Below, piece after piece: positions 22,311 to 34,484 of a stretch of 64,000 bases of DNA (position 1 is its first letter; the number at the start of each line of letters is the position of its first letter). A program made the position numbers and the translations under genes. The notes beneath the pieces were generated by a model. The model saw only the letters and a program-made list of their open reading frames with translations. It was not told where the DNA came from and ran no database searches. This stretch comes from Squalus acanthias (lineage: Eukaryota), in contig CM059425.1 of assembly GCA_030390025.1 (NCBI GenBank), positions 166,968,001 to 167,032,000 on the forward strand, given 5' to 3'.

Positions 22311-23306
22311 ATATGCGCCCACCAGTAACCTTTTCCGCTGATGCTGGCAAACTTTATGGGGTCATCGGGAGGATCCCTGATTTGTATGTCAATGGCAGGC
22401 TTCCAAGCCACTAGAGACACATCTGGGGTTCCCACTATAGTAAAGATGCTGATAAGTCTGGCAGTGGTTTATCTAGGGAGGGAGATGTCAGCCCCCTCCC
22501 CAGATTAAAAACATAGCTGTCCTGGTAACACCATTTGTAAAAAAGGGTGCTGAGCAAAGTTTTATGTTCTTTGATAGTGCAGGCCAGGATTGAGGCCCAG
22601 ATTCACAGTTGCGCCCCATTTCTGCCCCAGTTGGCAAGGTACACTTTGTCTGACAAGCTGTATTGATTGCACTGGGAAAGGTAGAGGTGGAACATGAAAG
22701 AGAGGTGCCATGAAGGTGTCCTGCTGAGGAGATGTTACAGAGAAGAATGATGTATTGAGCAGTGATGAAGGTGGCAGAGAGAATGAGTTGAATGAAGAAA
22801 GACAACAAACCACTAGTGACTGACTAGGCTGGTCCCGATGCCAGAGGCATGTCAAAAACTGGATTGGAAGGACTGAAACAGGGAGGGATGAGAGAGGTTC
22901 AGTGGCATCAAATATGTTCAAGGACATTAGTGAGAAAGGGCAATTTAGAAATAAGGTAGTCGCTTGAAAAAATTGCAGGAGTGAAAGAGAAAGGGAAGCG
23001 GATGATCGCAGTACTGAAAGAGTAAGGATAACGCCTAAAAAAAGGCAGAGATTGACAGTGTCGAGATCTGTAAGGAAAGGTTAACATTGTTGCTGTGAAA
23101 CCAAGGCATATTGGGGCATTTGTATGTCAGAGTCCCAAAATATTTAATTTTGATATGTATCCCTGCATAAATGTAGAAAAATAATTCAACAGCTTCCTTC
23201 TCCTTAGCAGTATTTTGCTTCAATTGATGAAGCCAGGAGCAAGATCATTGTTTTGACAATACCCTGGAAGATGCTCTCACAAAACTATACTTTTTTTAAA
23301 CCCTAT

Positions 23307-23690
23307 GACCGTGAAATTCGACACCTTAACAGTGGCTGTTCAGACCAGTTTTGTCAAAAACATAGCGGCTGACTCGCTTCCGCCCACTTTCGGTGTGGCT
23401 CGCGGCAGCTGTCATTTTGGGCAGGTCAGCAGTGCAGCCGTTACCTCCGCTCGCTGGAAAAATGGTAATGAGTCAGATCGTGACTTCAAGCAGCATGCAA
23501 CGCTGATTTGACACATGACCTGCTATTTTGCACGTCACCACTCCAATGTGTGCCCTCTCCAAAGCACGCACAGCTAGTTGCATGACAGAGGCCCCACCAA
23601 CACTACCTAAAGGGACACACAAAACTTCCAGGTAAGTTTCGATTTTTGCTTTTGAGCTGGTTCCTCTACAATCTGAAACTAAGGTCTTCA
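23307..23690. mobile_element. Probable left end of a Harbinger derivative, continued at 27546 after a CR1 insertion
   Basis: TIR-like GACCGTGAAATTCG, TAAAGGGA and CAGGTAAG layout as at 30410-30745. Confidence 0.45.
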
Positions 23691-26600
23691 ATCTAAACAG
23701 AGGAAACTACAAGGGTATGAGGGACAAGTTGGCCATGGTAGATTGGGAGACGACACTAAAAGGTATGAAGGTGGACATACAATGGCTAACATTCAAGGAA
23801 ATAATGCATAATTTGCAACAAACATATATTCCTCTAGGACATAAAAACCCAAAAGGAAAAGTGATCCAACCATGGCTAACAAAAGAAATTAAAGCTAGTA
23901 TTAAGTCAAAGGAGGAAGCTTATAAAGTTGCCAGAAAAAGCGGTCAGCCTGAGGATTGGGATCTTTTTAGAAATCAGCAAAAGGGGACCAAGAAATTGAT
24001 AAAGAAAGGGAAAATGGAATATGAGCACAAACTAGCGAATAATATAAAAACGGATTGTAAAAGCTTCTAAGGTATGTGAAAAGGAAAAGACTGGCGAAGG
24101 TAAATGTAGGTCCTTTACAGTCAGAGACGGGAGAATTTATAATGGGGAATGAGGAAATGGCTGAGAAATTAAATAAATACTTTGTTTCTGTCTTCACGGA
24201 GGAAGACACAAAAAACCTCCCAGAAATACGAGAAAACCAAGGGTGTGACGAGAATGAGGAACTTAAAGAAATTATTAGTAAAAAAACAGTACTCGCAAAA
24301 TTAATGGGACTAAAAGTCGATAAATCCCAAGGACTAGATGACCTACATCCTAGGGTTTTGAAAGAGGTGGCCATTGGGATAATGGACGCATTGGTTGCCA
24401 TCTTCCAAAATTCTATAGATTCTGGAATGGTTCCTGCAGATTGGAGGATAGCAAATGTAACCCCGCTATTTAAGAAAGGAGGGAGAGAGAAAACGGGGAG
24501 CTACAGGCCTGTTAGCCTCACATCAGTAGTTGGGAAAATGCTAGAATCTATTACAAAGGATGCAATAACTGGGCATTAGAAACTAATAGTAAGATTGGGC
24601 AGAGTCAACATGGATTTATGAAAGGGAAATCCTGTTTGACAAACCTATTGGAGTTCTTTGAGGATGTAACTAGTGGAGTAGACAAAGGGGAACCGGTAGA
24701 TGTGGTGTATCTGGATTTACAGAAAGCCTTCGATAAGGTCCCACACAAGAGGTTGGTGAACAAAATTAGGGCATGTAAGGGGTGAGACCTGAGGCTCTGT
24801 GCTTAGCCTGGGTGCTAGTGCGAGGTTAGGCCTTGTTGCCTGTTCTGGTCTCCAGCCAGCCTGGTAGCACTAGACACCTGTGAGTGGTTCGACCCACTCG
24901 CCCTTACGGTTCTGACACTGGACTTAGGTGCGAGAGCAATAATGCAGAGAAAACTCAGGTAGACCCGGTTGAATAGTGCGAAATGGAAAATCTTTATTGC
25001 ATATTATTCAAGATTACGAAATACATGTCATAAGCACAGATTAATGACAGTACAATCTTACATGCAGTTATGTAACTAATTTTAGGGAAACGAGGAGCGC
25101 ACGACACATCGAAAAAGGGGGCACACATTACAATTATCCTTAAAACTTAAACCCTCCCCTATCAATACCTGTCCTAAACTAGATTTGTAGGATCGAGACT
25201 CATGCTCACCACTCGTGATAACTCGGAGAATTCCGAAACTCTGCTCGGATGTTTTTCCTGCAGCACCTGACCACCCACGTGTTGATCAGGGGTCTCTGTA
25301 CCCCACTGGTTTACTCGTTTCTGCTCCGGTTAGCAGGCTGGACCGTCTGCTGTCATGAAGATCTGTGTTGTCCTCGGAGTTCCGACACTACTCAAAAAAG
25401 AGTCTTCCTGTGCCCTTACACCGATGCGATAAAATTCGAAGAATGGTCTTCCTGGGCAAGGAAAAGTGTTTATTCGACTTACAGGCGCGGTCGGGGCTTA
25501 CTGACCGTGGCGATACGTATTGTCGTCTTCTTTTCTTCTCATCTCATCTCATCTCATCTCATCTCGGGCCTTCGGTTCCAACACCGTTTACCGACTTCTC
25601 GGGATGGTGTGCCCGTTTCAAGGCTTCACAGCCCAGTTCTTCACAGATCTTCGCGGCAAGCCACGAGGTTGATCCTGGCGGATCAGAAAGTTCAATAGTC
25701 TTCCAGCAAGTCGAGCAGCAAGAGGCAGAGACAGCAGTCAAGAGTCAAGAGGCAGAGTCAAGAGTCAAGATCCAAGAGTCAAGAGGCAGATGGACGGTTG
25801 TACCTTACAGTTATAGTGCTGTAATTCCTCTTTTCCCGCCCAATCTTAATGTCTTTCTTTTGTCAGGGTTTTGGCGCTCAAACTTCTTGTATAGGATGAT
25901 TTCCGTTTAATGGGTTTCGGTGATACTTGTAACTGCCTGAGTACCCGTTAATACTTCTCCCATTGTGGAACCGGCCAGTATTCTCCCTGGAGGGGTTTTG
26001 GGGCTTCCAAATGTTTTCTGTAACTACCCGCAAACGGCTCTCTCATCGTAGAGTCATGGGGATTTTGCATATTAATGTCTTTGGATGGGTTTTTGATCGC
26101 TCGGTACAATAGCCCTTATTCGCACCTGGGAGACCGATTCCAGTATTTATGTGTAAAATGCAAACCCATTATGTCTTGTGAATTATCTCAAATGTGCTGA
26201 GTCTTGTCCGATCTCGCACAAATGTTTATTGGAACGCCATCTTGTCTGCTCATTGAAAAGTCTAGAACGTTCTGCCACGAGGCGTGGCGGCCATTTTACA
26301 GGCTGCTTGTGTCCACTTTGAAAACCTGACAGCATTCTGCTGAAATAAAGCTGTTTGTACGAAACTATATGTCTCCTTCTTATTTTATAAAATCGCAATA
26401 ATTTTGCGAATTCTACAGGCACATGGAATTGGGGGTAATATACTAGCATGGATTGAGAATTGGTTAACAGACAGAAAACAAAGAGTAGGGATAAACGGGT
26501 CTTTTTCAGGATGGCAGGCTGTGACTAGTGGGGTACCGCAAGGATCGGCCCCAACTATTCAAAATCTATATCAATGATTTGGATGAGGGGACTAAATGTA

Positions 26601-27545
26601 ACATTTCCAAATTTGCTGATGATACAAAGCTAGGTGGCAGTGTCAGTTGTGAAGAGGATGTGAAGAGGCTTCAAGGGGATCTCGACAGGCTCAGTGAGTG
26701 GGCGAGAACATGGCAGATGGAATATAATGTGGATAAATGTGAAGTTATCCACTTTGGTAGAAAAAACAGAAAGGCAGAGTATTTCCTAAATCATGAAAGA
26801 TTGGGGAATGCAGATGCTCAAAGGGACCTGGGTGTCGTTGTACATGAGTCACTGAAAGTGAATGTGTAGGTGCAGCAAGCCATTAGGAAGGCAAATGGTA
26901 TGCTGGCCTTCATTACAAGAGGATTTGAGTACAGGAGTAAAGAAGTCTTACTCTAATTATATAGGGCCTTGGTGAGACCACACCTGGAGTACTGTGTACA
27001 ATTTTGGTCTCCTTACCTATGGAAGGATATACTTGCCATAGAGGGAGTGCAACGAAGGTTCATGAGATTGATTCCTGGGATAGCGGGACTGTCGTATGAG
27101 AAGAGATTGAGTAAACTAGGCCTGTATTCTCTTGAATTCAGAAGAATGAGAGGGGATCTCATTGAAGCATACAAAATTATTACAGGGCTTGATAGGGTGG
27201 ATGCTGGGAGAATGTTTCCCTTGGCTGGGGAGTCTAGAACCAGGGGCCACAGCCTCAGGATAAAGGGTAGGCCATTCAGGACTGATGAGAAGAAATTTCT
27301 TCACACAGAGGGTGGTGAATCTTTGGAATTCTCTACCCCAGAGGGCTGTGGAGGCTCAGTCATTGGGTATATTCAAAACAAAAGTCGATAGATTTCTGAC
27401 TAGTAAGGGCATCAAGGGATATGGCAATAGGGCTGGTGAATGGAGTTGAGGCAGAAGATCAGCCATGATCTCATTGAATGGCGGAGCAGGCTCGAAGTGC
27501 CGAATGGCCTACTCCTGCTCCTATTTCTTATGTTCTTATGTTCTT
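23691..27545 (+). mobile_element. CR1 LINE ORF2 and 3' end, degenerate, split by a solo LTR
   Basis: PW..KEI, YRPVSLTS, KAFDKV, FADDTKLGG, RPHLEYCVQFW; tail (TTCTTATG)n. Confidence 0.92.
24774..26417 (-). mobile_element. Probable solo LTR, 1644 bp
   Basis: TG...CA termini (TGTAAG...TCTACA), GGCA duplicated at 24770-24773 and 26418-26421, CR1 rejoins exactly, minus-strand AATAAA near 24993. Confidence 0.85.
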
Positions 27546-28708
27546 AACTTATTAGAGTAGTGGCTTGGTGCAAAACTTTTAAAAAGTTGTTCAAGTGTGC
27601 AGGGAGTGCTGCTGGATGTTTGCAAGGCTTTGCCCTTTAAAAGAAGGCCTGTGAGAACACCACTTGCTCTCAGTCCTGGGGGCTCGAGTTGCAGTCCCCC
27701 TTAGGCTGTAGCATGACATGGAGATGAAGCAGAGGCAGCAAAGGGGGCAAGCTGGTCGTAGAGGGAGGAGGAGGAGGAAGAGGAGGAGGAGTAAGGTGAA
27801 GAAGCTGAAGAGGAAGAAGCGGAAGAGGAGGAAGCGGAAGGAAGGAGGCAACCCAGACAACCCCTTTCTGGCCGAGATATCTGGGATTGAATCAGCCACC
27901 TGGGGCACCAGTGAACACAACCCCAATTCCCCTTTCAACATTTGTCCCACACCTTACCTTCCCTCTGTTATGCCCATCACAATGTCCTCTTGGCCATAAT
28001 GCTGAAATAAAAGACACCACAAAGCAAACTTTCCAATCCAATTTTATCCATATATGCATCCAATATTACATCAAAAAATCAACTAATCATCCATGTGCAT
28101 TCGCTTAGTGACATTCTTGTGTGTGCCTTTGCCTACCTTAGTGCTCCTGTGCAGTGCTACCCCAGTGACAGCAGCATGGCTGGTGGAACGCTGCTGACTT
28201 TCAGTGGGGGTGACTGCTGGACGACCTCGAGGAGCTGGTGGCTGGGAGTGTGAAATCAAGTGACAGTGTTTCTCTTCTTCACTCTCCTCTCCCTCTTCTT
28301 ATTCAACCACTGCTGGGCAGGCTGGATTTCTTGGGTGTCTGAAATGAGAAAGGCACAAGGGTGGAGTTGTGGTGAGAGACAGGGGAGTGGTTAGTGGAAA
28401 AGCAAGAGGTGCATGCTTATACCATGTGCAGCTTGTACATCAGAAGAGATTATGAGATGAGGGGGAAGTGGGATGTGAGAAAGAGGATAAGGTATGAGGT
28501 TACCAGCAACTTGTATTCTTTCAGTTCTGCCACTGGCCACGGGCTCAGCCATGCCCCTGCCAAGAATGGCCAGCACCGTCTCCTCCAAGGGGGTGAGTGA
28601 AGCTCGGAATGTGAGATGTGCCTCGTGTTTGGTAGAGATTGTTGAGTGATTGGGGGTCGGGGGGGGTGCTTTGAGCAGTGTGTGAGGCTAGTGGTGCAGT
28701 TGGTAGGA
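27546..28708. mobile_element. Harbinger remnant: acidic transposase tail (+) and deleted Myb gene (-)
   Basis: GAG-rich tract at 27760-27845; 28080-28710 is homologous to parts of 15-1535. Confidence 0.75.
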
Positions 28709-30355
28709 GACAGCTAAACAAAAGGGAAGGTCTGTGATAAGGTGGAAGACAGGAGAGATTTAAAGACAAAAGGGATAATAGTGTGAGGCAAAAGCAGATT
28801 TTAATGGGACAAGTCATGAAACAAAAAATGGGTCCATAAGAGATGTAAATGGGAATAGCAGAATCATCAACAGCTACCATCCAAAAAATTGGGGACAGAG
28901 GTTAGGATCTGAAATTGTTGAACAAGGCTGTAAAGTGCCTAATTGAAAGTTGAGGTGCTGTTCCTCAAGCTTACATTGAGCTTCATTGAAATAGTGTAGG
29001 AGGCCAAAGGCAGAGAGGTCAGAGTGGGAATGGAGCTGAGAATTAAAGTGACAGACAACCAGAAGCTTGGGGTCACACTTGTGGACTGAATGGATGTGTT
29101 CTGCAAAGCAGTCACCCAATCTGTGTTTGGTCTTCCCATTGTAGAGGAGACCGCATCGTGAGAAGCGAATACAGTATACTAAATCGACAGAAGTACAAGT
29201 AAATCACTGTTTCACCTGGAAGGATTGTTTGGGCCCCTGGACGGTGGGAAGGGAAGAAATAAAAGGACAGGTGTTGCATCTCCTGCGCTTGCACAAGAAG
29301 GTGCTGTGGGAAGGGGAGGAGGTGTTGGTGGTGATTGAGAGGTGGACCAGGGAGTCGCGGAGGGAACGGTTCCTTTGGAATGCTGAAAGGGGAGGGGAAG
29401 ATGTGTTTGGTGGTGAGATCACGCTGGAGGTGGCAGAAATGGCGGAGGATGATCTGTTGAATGTGGAGGCTGGTGGAGTGGAAGGTGAGGGCAAGAGGAC
29501 AAGGGGAACCCTATTGTGGTTCTGGGAGGGAGGGGAAGGGGTGAGAGCAGAAGTACGGGAAATGGATCAGACACGGTCGAAGGCTATGTCAACCACGGTG
29601 GAGGGGAATCCTCGGTTGAAGAAAAAGGAAGACATATCGGAAGCACTGGTGTGGAAGGTGGCATCGTCAGAGCAGATGCGACGGAGACGGAGAAACTGGG
29701 AGAATGGAATAGAGTCCTTACAAGAAGCAGGGTGGGAGGAAGTGTCATCAAAATAGCTGTGGGAGTCAGTGGGCTTATAGTGAATATTGGTCGATAGCCT
29801 ATTTCCAGAAATGGAGACAGAGAAGTTGAGTAAGGGAAGGGAAGAGTTAGAGATGGACCGTGTGAAGGTGAGAGAAGGGTGGAAATTGGAAGCAAAGTGA
29901 ATGAAATTTTCCAGTTCAGGGCGAGAACAGGAAACGGCACCAATACAGTCACCAATGTACAGGAAAAAAAGGTGAGGGAGGGGACCTGAGTAGGACTGGA
30001 ACAAAGAATGTTCCACATATCCCACGAAAAGGTAGGCATAGCTAGGACCCACGTAGGTTCCCATAGCAACACCTTTTATTTGGAGGAAGTGAGTGGAGTC
30101 AAAAGAGAAGTTGTTTAACGTGAGAACAAGTTCAGCCAGGCAGAGGAGGGTGGTGGTGGAAGGGGACTGGTTGGGCCTCTGTTCAAGGAAGAAGTGGAGC
30201 GCCCTCATGCCATCCTGGTAGGGGATGGAGGTGTGTAAGGATTGGACATCCATGGTGAAAAGGAGATGGTTAGGGCCAGGAAACTGGAAACTGTTAAAGT
30301 GGTGGAGGGCGTCGGAAGAGTCACAGATGTAGGTGGGAAGAGATTGGACAAGGGG
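28709..30355 (-). mobile_element. Penelope-like family B, degenerate
   Basis: MDVQSLHTSIP, GVAMGT..GPSYA, HYKPTD; homologous to about 7357-8940. Confidence 0.9.
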
Positions 30356-30409
30356 CGATGCCTAAAAGCATTATCAAGGGAGATGGACTAGTAATATTTT
30401 AAATAACGT

Positions 30410-32026
30410 GCGGGAAAAATTCGTCCCTTAGCACCGCCCGTTAGCGCCAGTAGATGGCGCTAATGCGGCATTGAGAGCTGTACTGGCAGCTCTTGTCGAA
30501 TCCAGCGCCACACGCCAGTTTGGGACCCCCCGTAGCGCTGCCGGTAACAGCAATCGCTGGGGACTTCAACGCCATGGAGATCATGACATCAGTGAGTGTG
30601 TAACACTCAAATTGCTTCTTACCACTTACCTCACCGCCTGGAGTAAACACCGACAGGGAGAGCTGGCATGCAGCAACAGGAAGCCGGCTCCAGGGACGTT
30701 ATTTAAAGGAATCAGCTCCAATCACTCGCACCTGACAGGTTAGTGAAGTTTCAGTGCCTGTGTGTTAGTTCCTGATACTGCAACAGTTTTATTTATTGAT
30801 TTGAAGATTCTTTGTTATCAGGAGTGTAGTGGCAAGTAGAAAAGTACAAAATGTATTCTTGAAAGATTCAACCTACAACAGTCATGGGGGGTATACTAGC
30901 AACCCACCTCGCCTTCCAGGATCTACAGCGGAGGGAGCGGAGGCAACGAGGAAGATAGGAACATGTGCGCAGAGGGAGAAGGAAGAAGATGAGGAAGAAG
31001 ACGAGGAACAGGAGGGACGGAGGAGGCAGCTGGACAATCGGGCTTCCGGACAGGCGGTCTGTGACCGGCTCATCAGACTCCGATTTGAATGAATGAAACC
31101 CCAGATCCCCGTAGCTCACCACATCCCTATCATACCATCCCTGTGTCATGCCATATCACAGCATCCTCCTGGCCGCAACGGTGAAATGCGAGAGACCACA
31201 AAATATTCCAAATTCTATTAATAAATTTATGCATAAACATATCACATATCACATGCATTCTAATAACTAATGGTGCTTGTGCCTGCCAAAGTTGAATAGC
31301 TGTCACTGTGTGCAAGGTGTGAGATGTGGGTGTGAGTGTTGGTAAGGTAGAGATTGTTGGTGGGTGAGTGCTGGGGTTGTGGTGCATTGAGCAGTGTGTG
31401 AAGCTTGTGGTACAGATGGTGGTATGTAGCATTTGTTGAAGCCTTCACTCACCCTGCCCACCCATGTGAGCTTGTTAAAGGTATTCCTGCACTGGGTGTG
31501 GGTCCTGGGGACCACAGTGCTGTCCGTGATGTGGTGTGCCACTTCCCTCCACATAGTGTGGCAGACTTGTGGTGAGGGCCTCCTGCCAGTTGGTGGGTGC
31601 AGGACCAGCCGCCTTCTCTCCACTGCTAAAACCAATGCCTCCAAAGCTTCATGGGGCGGCAATCTGCCAACAAGATTTGTAAATAAGTGCTCCTTCTCCT
31701 TGTCCTTCTTCTTTTGCTTGTTGAGGCAGCGGCACACTCAACAATGCTGAGAATGAGGTGCTGCAGCATCAATGAACCTCCCCTTTAAGTAGTGAAAAAA
31801 GCCTGCAGCAATCATGACTTGCGATTAGACTGCGTTCGATATTGGACCAGCCTTTAAGTGTAATGCCAATGAGCTTGGGTTTTTAGACTAGATTTAAGAC
31901 TGAAATCATTTTATTCAGCAGTGAGGATGAATTTTGCATGCAGTTTAAACTATTTTCAGCTGGCGCTAATTCAGCTTTTTTAGTCCAAACACCGCCCATT
32001 CCTTGGTTATAACGAATTTCTAGCCC
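30410..32026. mobile_element. Internally deleted Harbinger element
   Basis: Ends GCGGGAAAAATTCGT and ACGAATTTCTAGCCC; transposase C-terminal acidic tail at about 30905-31090 (+); Myb exon EALEALV...MWREVA...QCRNTFNKL ending at 31453 (-); no clean TSD. Confidence 0.75.
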
Positions 32027-32367
32027 ACAGGTAAGTACTAGGTGGGCTGACATCTCAAAATCTTGGCCATTCATGTTAAAGATGTGTTAGAAGCTATCTA
32101 GCTTCCTCTCCAGTCACTCTATCTGTACTGTAGTTGATTGTCTGTCACTTTTTCGATTTACTCTATAAATCCATTATCCTCTGAGACTCTCGGGGACCTT
32201 GCAAACAATGCAAGATTTCAAATGCAAAGTTCAACTTATCACATCTACAGATGGACCTTGAAGCTCTATAGTCAATTACATGGCGTACAGCAAATGAAAG
32301 CTTGCATTTCACCAATATGCAAATAATTTGCTATATCTAGTGAATAATTCTCCACGCAATGCACAAT

Positions 32368-33078
32368 ATTTGATCCTGATCTGAGCTTCCGATCCCATAT
32401 GCTCTCCATCACCAAGACCGCTTACTTCCACCTCTGTAATATCACCTGTCTCCGCCCCTGCCTCAATCCATCTGCTGCTGAAACCCTCATCTATGCTTTT
32501 GTTATTTCCAGCCTCGACTATTCCAATGCTCTCCTGGCCAGCCTCCAATCTTTCACCCTCTGTAAACTTCAACTCATCCAAAACTCTGCTGCCCATACCC
32601 TAACTTGCACCAAGTCCCCTTCACCCATCACCCCTGTGCTCGCTGACTTACATTGGCTCCCAGTCCACCAATGCCTCAATTTTAAAATTCTCATCCTTGA
32701 GTTCAAATCCCTCCATAGTCTCTCCTCACCCTCTCTCTGTAATCTCCTCCAGCCTTACAATGCACCAAAATCTCTGTGTTGCTCCAATTCTGGCCTCTTG
32801 TGCTTCATGATTTCCTTCGCCCCAACATTGATGGCCGTGCCTTCAGCTGCCGAGGCTGCCCTAAGCTCTGGAATTCCTTCATAAACCTCTCCACTTCTCT
32901 ACCTCTCTCTTCCTTTCAGACGCTCCTTAAAACTTACCTCTTTGATCAAGGTTTTGGTCAGCTGTCCTAATATCTCCTCATGTGGCTTGGTGTCAAATTT
33001 TGTTTGATAACACTTCTGTGAAGCACCGTGGGACGTTTACTACGTTAAAGGCACTACCTAAATGCAAGATGCTGCTTT
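32368..33078 (+). mobile_element. L2-like LINE 3' end
   Basis: AYFHL.NI, LIYAFVISSLDYSN, LHWLP, LKTYLF. Confidence 0.88.
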
Positions 33079-33159
33079 TTTAACTGGGTGAACACATGAT
33101 TTTTGCGGTCTTAACCAACCCTGTGTGCCAGGGTTGTTTAACAATGGAACAAGAAACAA

Positions 33160-33380
33160 AAATCAAAATACTGCAACTGCTGGGAATCTGAAACAAAAAA
33201 TAGAAAATGCTGAAAACACTCAGCAAGATAAGTGACAAGTTAATGTTTCAGGCATAACCCTTTACCAGAACTAGCAACCCTTAATTCTGAAAAAGTGTTA
33301 TGCCTGAAACATTAACCTGTCACTTCTCTCCACAGACGCTGTGCCTGACATGCAGAATATTTCCAGCAATTTTTTTTAAT
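33160..33380. mobile_element. Old hairpin of family B-related Penelope terminal repeats
   Basis: GTTAATGTTTCAGGCATAAC and GTTATGCCTGAAACATTAAC inverted; flanks resemble 9696-9750. Confidence 0.7.
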
Positions 33381-33941
33381 TTAACAGTGGCTTTTGGGGA
33401 TCATGGCAATGGTGTGAAACCACGGCTGATGACCCTATTACACAACCAACCAATGCTGCAAAACCAGACACACAAAGCAACATGATCCACCATAAGAGCA
33501 AATGAGGAGTGGCAATATAAGCTCAATGGGACAATTTAAAAGCGGGTGCAGGAACAGAGAGACCTGGGGGTGTACATACACAAATCTTTGAAAGTGGCAG
33601 GACAAGTTGAGAAGGCTGTTAAAAATCATATGGAATCCTTCGCTTTATAAACAGAGGCATAGGGCTCGATTTTACCATTGGGGGCGGGCTGGGGCGTGTC
33701 AGGTGGTCGTTGTGTCAGGATCCCAACTCCGATGTGAAGTGGGACAAAAGTGCAATTTTGCCCTAATTGGGCACTTGATTTCCAGCGTGTGGAAATCCCT
33801 GGCCCAATGAGTCTTTTCATACAGAAAGTCGCCTCCGATGACGTCATCAATGCTGCTGGATTTAAGGCCTGCAAGCAGCCTTGTTTCTTTTACAGCCTTT
33901 AAACTTTATGCCCATTGTTCTGAGCGCTTCCTTTAGCAATT

Positions 33942-34181
33942 ATGTCCACCAGTAGACTAAAGTGTGCTTCAAGATTCGATGAGGCCTCCCTCCAAGCTCT
34001 GGTGGAGGGAGCAAGAGCAAATAAGGAGGTGCTCTTCCCTTCCTCAGGGAGGTAAAAGCCTCCCCAGCAGACTAAAGCTGTGTGGCTGCAAGTGGCCCAA
34101 AAGGTAAACGCAATTTCTATGTGCAGCAGAACCTGGCTGCAGTGCAGGAAGAGGTTTCATGACCTTCTCCGCACAGGAAAA
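33942..34181 (+). pseudogene. Myb/SANT exon 1 with one in-frame stop (absent from the ORF track)
   Basis: MSTSRLKCASRFDEASLQALVEG...GR*KPP...VWLQVA...TWLQCRKRFHDL then GTGAGT; TAA at 34053. Confidence 0.85.
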
Positions 34182-34395
34182 GTGAGTATGACTTTCCCAT
34201 CACCCTCAATCTGATCCCCATCACCTCTCATCACCATCACTGTGCTTTGCCAACCTCTTCCTCCACATCCCACTTGACCCTTACATCCCTGCACCCTTAC
34301 CCATTCCCGCTCTCTCTATGGTCACATTCACTTAATTATTTGACCATGCAGCCCTCACACTCCCTATCACTGTGATGCAATGACAACAACTTACA

Positions 34396-34484
34396 AAAAT
34401 GAGAAGTCGCACAACACCAGGTTATAGTCCAACAGATTTATTTAAAATTACAAGCTTTCGGAGCTGTCGCCCCTTCCTCAGGTA
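34396..34484 (-). mobile_element. Solo Penelope A terminal repeat with hammerhead motif at 34448-34484
   Basis: Minus strand TTAC-CTGAGGA-A-GGGC gaca GCTCC-GAAA-GCTT-GTAA; remainder matches about 10959-11006. Confidence 0.82.

Noticed and set aside
25249..25910. 149-aa and 181-aa ORFs inside the solo LTR as accessory genes
   Set aside because: No motifs, they cross simple repeats and lie antisense to the inferred LTR direction
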